Shown here in pieces: positions 57,035 through 64,000 of a stretch of DNA of 64,000 nucleotides. Source of the stretch: an uncultured Candidatus Saccharibacteria bacterium. GTDB lineage: Bacteria > Patescibacteriota > Minisyncoccia > Phycocordibacterales > UBA9973. The stretch covers positions 10,015 through 74,014 of the forward strand of contig CAZBZO010000005.1 in the NCBI GenBank assembly GCA_964496425.1. Reading direction: 5' to 3'. The translations under genes were made by a program, and so were the position numbers. The notes under the pieces are model-generated. The model was not told where the DNA came from, made no database searches, and saw nothing but the letters and a program-made list of their open reading frames with translations. Within the stretch, counting starts at the first letter, position 1; each line of letters begins with the position of its first letter.

Positions 57035-57862
57035 ATGAAGAAAATCTTCCAACTCGCTAAACTTTCTGTCCGACATTGGATGAAGCAAAATCCCACGAGC
57101 TCTGGTGCTGCTATTTCCTATTACACTATCTTTTCCCTTGCTCCACTCATATACCTCCTCATACTCCTCGCGGGCCTCATTTTAGGCCATACTATCGTGG
57201 AAGATCAGGTCTTAGCTTCGGTCGGCAATATGCTCGGAGAGGGAAGCCAAGAATTCTTGGGTGGGATATTGGGTAGCCAAGGCCAAGGTGCGACGGTCAC
57301 TGCAGCGTTGCTTTCGGGCGTAGGACTCATCCTTGGATCAATGGGTATATTTAATGAGCTCAATAATGCAGTCGATAAGATCTGGAGAGAGCATGATGCT
57401 CCGAAAAAAGTTGAGCGCGGTTGGAAAAAAATCAAAAGTATAATAAAAGAAAAAATGCTGGTCTTTTCTCTTGTCCCTTTCTTGGCTCTTTTGGTAGTAG
57501 TGGCTATCAGCGTCAATGTCATCATCAAAGCCTTACCATTTCCAGGTGCACTCGCCCTCGTCGCTCCTCTCGTTTCACTCTTTTTCCTCTGTGCTTTTTT
57601 TGCACTGATCTACAAAGTACTCTCACCGTCAAGACTGCGTTTCTCCACACTTCTTTTGGGAGCATTTGTTACCGCCATCCTTTTTCTTCTCGGTCAGCAG
57701 ATTTTGGGAATATTTTTAGTACGCGCCGCGCATCTTTCAGACTACGGGGCTAGTAGTGCGATCGTCGCTATCATGCTGTGGGTCTATTATTCCGCTCAAA
57801 TGTTTCTCTTAGGTGCTTCAACGACCTATATTCATTCTCGTCGGCGTGAATTACTCCTGTAA
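57035..57862 (+). CDS. YihY/BrkB family membrane protein
   Basis: GAAISYYTIFSLAP, YGA and MLWVYYSAQMFLLGA motifs. Confidence 0.93.
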   Translation: MKKIFQLAKLSVRHWMKQNPTSSGAAISYYTIFSLAPLIYLLILLAGLILGHTIVEDQVLASVGNMLGEGSQEFLGGILGSQGQGATVTAALLSGVGLILGSMGIFNELNNAVDKIWREHDAPKKVERGWKKIKSIIKEKMLVFSLVPFLALLVVVAISVNVIIKALPFPGALALVAPLVSLFFLCAFFALIYKVLSPSRLRFSTLLLGAFVTAILFLLGQQILGIFLVRAAHLSDYGASSAIVAIMLWVYYSAQMFLLGASTTYIHSRRRELLL

Positions 57863-57927
57863 ATTAAGCATCACCGCTGGCACTCTGTACAGTTGGCCGA
57901 TCATCCTTACGGATGTATACTCTATAT

Positions 57928-58302
57928 ATGCATATCAATTTAAAAGCCACCAATATTGAACTTACCGATACGATCCGTGAATACACCGAAAATGAAGTAA
58001 ATAGCCTCGATAAATTTATCCATGCCGATCCGGCAACGGTGATGGCCAACGTCGAAGTTGGCAAGACCACCCAGCATCATAAGAGCGGGGAAGTCTATCG
58101 TGCTGAAATCAACCTTACGATCGGATCACGAAAGCTTCGCACGGTATCAGAAAAGACTGATCTTCGCACGGCAGTCGATGATGCCAAAGCACAAATGGCT
58201 CGTGTGATCACGACTTCTAAAGATAAGCAGCGTTCGCTCTATAAACGTGGCGCCGCACAAGTCAAAGCACTCTTGAAGCGTATTCCTGGTTTTCGAGATT
58301 AA
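57928..58302 (+). CDS. raiA: Ribosome hibernation factor (RaiA/HPF)
   Basis: INLKATNIELTDTIREY, HHKSGEVYRAEIN and DLRTAVD motifs. Confidence 0.88.
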   Translation: MHINLKATNIELTDTIREYTENEVNSLDKFIHADPATVMANVEVGKTTQHHKSGEVYRAEINLTIGSRKLRTVSEKTDLRTAVDDAKAQMARVITTSKDKQRSLYKRGAAQVKALLKRIPGFRD

Positions 58303-58310
58303 AAATAAAA

Positions 58311-59168
58311 CTAAAGACCGCGTTCGAAGTCTTCATAGCTCATTTCTTTTTTACCTTCCGGTATGATACGGGTTATTTCGAGTTTTCCATCAGTGATCTG
58401 GGCATCTTTGATGATCACCCGGATCCGTTTGCCTTTGCGCTCGGTGAAAAAATATGTGCCTGGCCAGCCATCAAATGCTTTGATTTTTAGAAGATTTTGA
58501 TACGGGTCGCCTGCAAGATCTATCTCTCCGTCCTCTTTTTTAATTTTTTTACTGAAGGTAGCTTTTGTGTGATCTTGGGGGGTGGCTTTGATCTCGCTAC
58601 TAAGTAAGCGTGGCAAAGTCTCTGCAAGTAGGATACCTCCTTCGCGCGCCAGAAGCTCGTCGAGGATATGCCCTTCTGGTGGCCAGGAATCAACCGCCAC
58701 TTTTCTTTGAGCAAGGATTTCGCCCGTGTCCATGCCGCTATCGAGGAGCATGATAGTGACGCCGGTTTCTTTTTCGTCCTCTAAAATCGCTGAGCGGATT
58801 GGAGAAGAGCCGCGTAATCGTGGCAAGAGCGATGGATGAACATTTAAAACTCCAAGGCGTGGTATATCAAGCAATGCTTTTGGCAAGATTTTCCCATAGG
58901 ATGCCACAATAAAAATATCCCAAGGTGTTTTTGAGAGGTCAGCTGTGAATGCTTCACCTATCTTTTCAGGTTGAAGGACTGGTATACTTCGTGCGAGCGC
59001 CCAGATTTTCTCAACAGGTGAGACTAAGAGATCTTTGCGAGTATCTTTTTTGTCAGGTGCCGCCACAATGAGCGAAGGTATATATCCAGCGGACTCTAAG
59101 CTCGATAGAACATTTCCTGCTAATGGCTCAGTTCCAAAAAAAACAAATTTAATCTTATGCTCTTCCAT
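58311..59168 (-). CDS. fmt: Methionyl-tRNA formyltransferase
   Basis: FFGT, VASYGKIL, NVHPSLLP..RGSSPI and MDTG motifs. Confidence 0.96.
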   Translation of the reverse strand: MEEHKIKFVFFGTEPLAGNVLSSLESAGYIPSLIVAAPDKKDTRKDLLVSPVEKIWALARSIPVLQPEKIGEAFTADLSKTPWDIFIVASYGKILPKALLDIPRLGVLNVHPSLLPRLRGSSPIRSAILEDEKETGVTIMLLDSGMDTGEILAQRKVAVDSWPPEGHILDELLAREGGILLAETLPRLLSSEIKATPQDHTKATFSKKIKKEDGEIDLAGDPYQNLLKIKAFDGWPGTYFFTERKGKRIRVIIKDAQITDGKLEITRIIPEGKKEMSYEDFERGL

Positions 59169-59174
59169 TATTTT

Positions 59175-59723
59175 TTATTTTTTGCCAGTGAAATCTTCTC
59201 CGACTGGCCCATCATGGATGTTTCTCGCTTTTTCAATAAATAAAATGCCGTCCAAGTGATCGGTCTCATGCTGGAAAATGTGAGCCAAAAGACCGCTCGC
59301 GCTTCGGGCAAACTTCTTACCCTTTTCATCGTAGGCGACTACCGCGGCTCGAGTGGAGCGTTCGACTTCTCCCCACAGCGGGCGCACTGATAGACAGCCT
59401 TCAAGCATCCATTTTTTTGTTTTGGATATTTTAGTGATGATGGGATTGATGAAGACCAGGTCTTCTTTTTTACTCTCTCTGCCATCTGGCAAGCCTTCGC
59501 CGCGAGTAAAATCATCCTCAAATATTTTTCCGGATACGACAAATATCCGAAGTGACACCCCGATCTGTGGAGCAGCAATAGCCACACCGTCGGCCTGGGT
59601 GCCAAGCGCTTGTTTCATTTCGCGCAATATTTTTTGTATCTCTGGCGACACGATATCTGCGAGTGCCACAGGCGCTGCGACAGTATGCAGAACTTTTTTT
59701 TCTTTTTGGAGGATAGTAACCAT
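59175..59723 (-). CDS. def: Peptide deformylase
   Basis: GVAIAAPQIG, EGCLS and QHETDHLDG motifs. Confidence 0.97.
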   Translation of the reverse strand: MVTILQKEKKVLHTVAAPVALADIVSPEIQKILREMKQALGTQADGVAIAAPQIGVSLRIFVVSGKIFEDDFTRGEGLPDGRESKKEDLVFINPIITKISKTKKWMLEGCLSVRPLWGEVERSTRAAVVAYDEKGKKFARSASGLLAHIFQHETDHLDGILFIEKARNIHDGPVGEDFTGKK

Positions 59724-59789
59724 GATTGTAGATTACGAATTATCAATTACGAATTGAGCAGAATCGCCCAATGTGCAACCATACTGTTC

Positions 59790-61088
59790 TTATTTCAAAT
59801 CCTTGAGGTATTCAGGTAGCTTTTTGAGAGAGACGGTTTCTTGCGAGCGATTGTTCATGCTTCGAACGATCACAGACTCTTCGAGGGCTTCTTTTTGGCC
59901 AAAGATAATAGTATAGGGTACATTGGCTTTTTCTGCTGCGGCGAGCTGGACAGAGAGGCTATCTTTCGATATTGATTGCATGATTGGGATATGGGCGCGG
60001 CGAAGGATCTCGATCACGTTTAAGCTCTTCAATCGTGCTTCAAAGCCAAGCTGGATGAAATATATTTTTGGCTTTTTCATGATGCGAGGGTTCAACTTCT
60101 TGTACCATGGAGAAACAATAATGCGATCTACGCCAATACCAACACCGATAGCTGGGACGTCTTTTTTGCTACCAATATGTCGTGCTAAATAATCATAGCG
60201 TCCGCCACCAGCGATGGTGAGCGGCGAGCCGTCTTCGGACCCGGTCGTATCAATGATTTCAAATACCGTGCGCGTATAGTAGGAAAGTCCGCGGACGAGA
60301 TTTTTATTTATCGTGTAGCTAATACCCATTTCTTCTAAGTATTCAAGCACTTCCTTGAAATGTTTTTTACAGTTCTGGCAGAGATAGGATACTGCGTCTG
60401 GCGCGCCTTCATTGATTTCTTTGGTTTTAGGATCCTTGGAATCAAGGATGCGTAGGGGATTGATTTTCAGCCGAGTGCGATCGATGCTTGAGAGCGAATT
60501 GACGTGTTTGCGGTAGTAGTTGACGAGCTCTTTGATGTAGGTGCCACGACATTCTTTGTCGCCGATCGAATTGATCTCGACTGAGAGATTGTTTGCTCCG
60601 GCTTCTTCAAGGATCATGAGAGTTGTTTTGATCACGAGGGCATCGACAATGCTTTTGTCAGAGCCGAGTGATTCGAGGCCAAACTGCCAAAACTGGCGAT
60701 AGCGCCCGCGCTGAGGATTGTCATGACGAAATATTGGTCCGTAAAAATAGAGCATGACGGGCTGCGGAAGATTTTGCATGCCGTGTTCGATATAGGCGCG
60801 CATAATACCGGCTGTTGGCTCGGGACGGAGCGCGAGTTTGTCTCCGCCTTTGGTGCGAAGCGTGTACATTTCTTTGTCGATAATATCGGTACCGATTCCC
60901 ACGCTCGAAGTAAAGACTTCTTCTTGTTCCATAATAGGCACTTCTATCGGCTTGAAGCCGTAGTACATGGCTACCTCTTGAGCTTTTTCAAAAAACCCCT
61001 GAAAGAGATAATATTCGTCGCCAATAATATCGCGCATGCCTTTTGGTGCCGTTGGAGCCTCTTTCTTTACTTTTTTTTCTTTTGACAT
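59790..61088 (-). CDS. hisS: Histidine--tRNA ligase
   Basis: PKGMRD, LRPEPTA, QRGRYRQF, LVRGLSYYT and GGGRYD motifs. Confidence 0.97.
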   Translation of the reverse strand: MSKEKKVKKEAPTAPKGMRDIIGDEYYLFQGFFEKAQEVAMYYGFKPIEVPIMEQEEVFTSSVGIGTDIIDKEMYTLRTKGGDKLALRPEPTAGIMRAYIEHGMQNLPQPVMLYFYGPIFRHDNPQRGRYRQFWQFGLESLGSDKSIVDALVIKTTLMILEEAGANNLSVEINSIGDKECRGTYIKELVNYYRKHVNSLSSIDRTRLKINPLRILDSKDPKTKEINEGAPDAVSYLCQNCKKHFKEVLEYLEEMGISYTINKNLVRGLSYYTRTVFEIIDTTGSEDGSPLTIAGGGRYDYLARHIGSKKDVPAIGVGIGVDRIIVSPWYKKLNPRIMKKPKIYFIQLGFEARLKSLNVIEILRRAHIPIMQSISKDSLSVQLAAAEKANVPYTIIFGQKEALEESVIVRSMNNRSQETVSLKKLPEYLKDLK

Positions 61089-61167
61089 CCTCTTTTAGGT
61101 ACGGTTATAAACCGCTCTTTACTTACTAATTAGTAATCTTTTAATTTTCTTTCTAGGCACTTTTATA

Positions 61168-61773
61168 TTACTCGGCTTGACTGTATTCTCCAGGTAAAAT
61201 TCCAAGTGTCTTAAGTGGTACGAGTCGCAAGAAAGCGCGGCCAACAATATTTTTTTCAGGCACGGGACCCCATTTGCGGGAATCATAACTAGCGGTGCGG
61301 TTGTCGCCAAGCGCAAAGTATTCTTTGTCGCCCAAAGTGACCGTCTGAGGAGTCCCATTACCGATATTTACGATATAGGGCTCGTCGAGAGTAAAACCCT
61401 GGGGATGGGAACTGTTAGTGATAGATATTTGTGTACTCGAAACGGTGACTGTTTCTCCTGGAAGTCCAATGACTCGCTTGATATAAAACTTTGTTGGATC
61501 AATCGGTGGTCGGAAAATGATCACATCGCCGCGCGCTGGTGTACCGAGGCGGTAGGAGAGCTCATCGACGATAAGGTACTGCCCATTTTGAAATGTCGGC
61601 ACCATAGAAGATCCAGACACGATAAAGGGCTGTGCGATAAAAAATCTGATCGGCAACACGATGAGCGCGGCAATAATCGCAAAACGCACAAGGTCCCACA
61701 GAGAATCCTTCTTCTCAATTTTTCGTTTCAAAGGTGCATTTGCTTGGGGTTGTTGTAGGTGTGTTTCTTCCAT
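61168..61773 (-). CDS. lepB: Signal peptidase I
   Basis: SGSSMVPT, YIKRVIGLPGE and GDNR..SYDSR motifs. Confidence 0.97.
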   Translation of the reverse strand: MEETHLQQPQANAPLKRKIEKKDSLWDLVRFAIIAALIVLPIRFFIAQPFIVSGSSMVPTFQNGQYLIVDELSYRLGTPARGDVIIFRPPIDPTKFYIKRVIGLPGETVTVSSTQISITNSSHPQGFTLDEPYIVNIGNGTPQTVTLGDKEYFALGDNRTASYDSRKWGPVPEKNIVGRAFLRLVPLKTLGILPGEYSQAE

Positions 61774-61931
61774 GAACGTGCAGTCGTCTTAAGTGCTGCT
61801 ATTGTAGTATGGATATGCCCTTGACGGGAAGGGCCATGATGTGTTCTTTGGCGAGTATCGATATTTCCGATAGAAGATTTTTACCGAGAACTCCTATTTA
61901 CTATTTACCTCTTTCCACTTACTATAGGGAC

Positions 61932-62519
61932 ATGTTTACAATCGTAGGCCTCGGTAACCCTGGAGACGAATACACGCATACGCGCCACAATACCGGCCGG
62001 ATGATTTTGGAGCAGCTGGCGCTGAAGCTTGATTTTTCTCTGTGGAAAGAAGATATGAAAACAAAAGCGCTCGTGGCAAACGGCAAGATAGGAAAAGCCA
62101 AAGTTGTTTTCATGTTGCCAAACAATTTCATGAACAATTCTGGCAAAAGCGTGGCGCCCCTCATCAAGTCAAAAAAAGATTTAAGCCAGTTGGTCGTGGT
62201 ATATGACGATCTTGATTTGCCGATTGGCCGCATTAAAATATCCTTCAATCGAAGCGCTGGTGGTCACAACGGTGTTGGCTCAATCATTAAGGCTTTAAAA
62301 TCAGAAGAGTTTGTCCGCATCAGGGTAGGCATCTCGCCTCACACGCCAGGCGGCAAAACCAAGAAGCCAGCGGGGGAGAAAGCGGTACTAGATTTTCTGC
62401 TGAAAAATTTCCGTGAGCCGGAACTCGCGGAAATCAAAAAGCTTTCCAAGAAAATCATCGCCATACTCGAGACATTTACAAGCGAGGGATTGAATAAAAC
62501 GATGAGCATCCACAATTAA
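61932..62519 (+). CDS. pth: Peptidyl-tRNA hydrolase
   Basis: IVGLGNPG, TRHN, FMNNSG, DDLDL and GGHNG motifs. Start moved to MFTIVG. Confidence 0.96.
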   Translation: MFTIVGLGNPGDEYTHTRHNTGRMILEQLALKLDFSLWKEDMKTKALVANGKIGKAKVVFMLPNNFMNNSGKSVAPLIKSKKDLSQLVVVYDDLDLPIGRIKISFNRSAGGHNGVGSIIKALKSEEFVRIRVGISPHTPGGKTKKPAGEKAVLDFLLKNFREPELAEIKKLSKKIIAILETFTSEGLNKTMSIHN

Positions 62520-62540
62520 TTGCGAGCACTCAATAATACT

Positions 62541-63290
62541 ATGATTAAAAGCAAAAAAGATTCACTCATTATTTTCGGTAAACATGCGGTGCGAGAAATG
62601 CTCGAGCGCGATCCGGGACATATTATAAAAATTTCTCTTCGCTCAGGTCTTGATGCGGAGCTCACACTTTCGATTAAAAATCTGGCTGCTGCTTCGCGTA
62701 TCGCCGTAGAAATGGTAAGCGCGCATACGCTCGATCATATGACTGACGGCGCAGTGCATCAAGGCGTTGCAGCCCGCGTGAGTCGCACGGAGTTTATGGA
62801 GCTCAAAGAATGGCTTGCCTCCGTGGAGAGCATTCAAAACCCATGCGTACTGATACTCGACGAGCTTGAAGATCCTCACAATGTCGGTGCGATTATTCGC
62901 ACGGCGACAGCACTTGGTGCACATGGCGTGATACTCGGTAAGTACAATCAGGCACAAGTGACAGGCACGGTATATAAAACGTCGGCCGGTACGATTGGCC
63001 GGATCCCGCTTATGCGTGTAGCAAACATCAATGACACTATTAAGAAACTCCAAGAAGCTCACTTTTGGGTCATTGGACTTGATGCTCGCGCTCCGAAGAA
63101 ACTTTGGCAAGAAAAATTTGATACAGCGACCTGTTTTGTGATCGGCGCCGAAGGCAAGGGGATACGAGATAAGACTGCAACGAATTGTGATTATACTGTT
63201 TCAATCCCGATGGACAACGACGTTGAATCCTTAAATGCGTCGGTCTCAGCCGCACTCGTGCTCTATGAATGGAAACGTAGTCGGAAATAA
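62541..63290 (+). CDS. rlmB: 23S rRNA Gm2251 methyltransferase (TrmH/SpoU family)
   Basis: HQGV, DPHNVGAIIRT, IGAEGKG and ESLNASVS motifs. Confidence 0.93.
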   Translation: MIKSKKDSLIIFGKHAVREMLERDPGHIIKISLRSGLDAELTLSIKNLAAASRIAVEMVSAHTLDHMTDGAVHQGVAARVSRTEFMELKEWLASVESIQNPCVLILDELEDPHNVGAIIRTATALGAHGVILGKYNQAQVTGTVYKTSAGTIGRIPLMRVANINDTIKKLQEAHFWVIGLDARAPKKLWQEKFDTATCFVIGAEGKGIRDKTATNCDYTVSIPMDNDVESLNASVSAALVLYEWKRSRK

Positions 63291-63349
63291 GTTGCATTCT
63301 TAAAAAATAGGATCATACTTTAGATATTAAAAACTAATATCGCTATTTT

Positions 63350-64000
63350 ATGTTTAAAAGCCAAGAATTTAATTCACTTAAAATTGTTCTTATTATCATC
63401 ATCGTTGCTCTTGTGGGATATTTTGTATATACAAGCATTAGCAATAGAAATCTTTCCCAGGCAGGGCAGGTGGCAGGCATGGGTGATGAATCATTACTCT
63501 GTAATGGTCCGCTTCACAAAATAAAAGTGCTTTCGCCAAACGGCTTGGAGGTCTATAAAGCAGGCACGCAGATTCCTATAAAATGGAAGACATGCAATAT
63601 TCCTTCTAATACGACCGTAAATATTTCTATCGTCGATGAAGTGGGCACGGTGCTTTTGGCTCCTATTACTACTCCAAACGATTCTCAACAAATGATAATT
63701 GCACCCGCAACTTTCTCGAGTGCGAGTATCTATATGGTAAAAATGTGCGAAGTTGCCAATGGCTCGATTTGTGATTCTTCAAATCTTTCTTTTACTATTA
63801 GCCAAGCACCATATCACGCAGGTTGTACTTCATATGCTGGGTATAGTAATACGACCGGAGTATCTTGTAGTCCGCTTGAGGCTGGATGTTCGTCGTATAA
63901 ATATTACAGTACAACGACTGGCATGGAGTGTAATACTTCAGGGTCGCTCGATTCCGTGTGTGTAGCTGGCGGAGGATATAGCGGTACGACTGGTGCTGTG
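63350..64000 (+). CDS. Membrane-anchored surface protein with Cys-bounded repeats, truncated by the window edge
   Basis: My translation is open to the window end: N-terminal TM, VLSPNG.E...W Ig-like segment, then repeats GCTSYAGYSNTTGVSC / GCSSYKYYSTTTGMEC / VCVAGGGYSGTTGA. Confidence 0.8.
   Translation, partial: MFKSQEFNSLKIVLIIIIVALVGYFVYTSISNRNLSQAGQVAGMGDESLLCNGPLHKIKVLSPNGLEVYKAGTQIPIKWKTCNIPSNTTVNISIVDEVGTVLLAPITTPNDSQQMIIAPATFSSASIYMVKMCEVANGSICDSSNLSFTISQAPYHAGCTSYAGYSNTTGVSCSPLEAGCSSYKYYSTTTGMECNTSGSLDSVCVAGGGYSGTTGAV

Noticed and set aside
1-64000. Genetic code 25 (TGA=Gly) as in Gracilibacteria/Absconditabacteria
   Set aside because: Genes are full-length under code 11 and TGA acts as a stop at expected ends (purA ATGA overlap with purL, 20173, 20577).

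Overview
Bacterial genomic DNA in standard code 11, most likely from a Patescibacteria/CPR (Parcubacteria-like) organism. This assignment is inferred from the gene families present and from near-leaderless gene starts. Positions ~0.5-37.4 kb hold all ten steps of de novo IMP synthesis plus purA and guaB (guaB, purA, purL, purQ, purF, purN, purD, purK, purE, purM, purC, purB, purH). The cluster is repeatedly interrupted by: (i) two Cys-rich proteins flanking an ABC exporter; (ii) a 5.9-kb glmU-like/four-helix-bundle/tdh/kbl block bracketed by 30-bp inverted repeats; (iii) AT-rich orphan genes with their own consensus promoters and terminators; (iv) an amidohydrolase, a paralog of it that has lost all five metal/catalytic ligands, and a lone argH-like lyase. 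Positions 37.4-45 kb are envelope and transport genes. Positions 45-56.6 kb are a run of short stress/detox-type genes downstream of tRNA-Asn(GTT). The tRNA-proximal genes are separated by repeated junctions that match the tRNA 3' end and encode a conserved peptide (LRTWD(D/E)xRxxIL), pointing to serial integration of small cassettes at the tRNA with no integrase in the window. A GIY-YIG gene sits in a duplication of the tRNA 5' end. The window ends in housekeeping genes (raiA, fmt, def, hisS, lepB, pth, rlmB). All calls come from reading the sequence; no database search was run.
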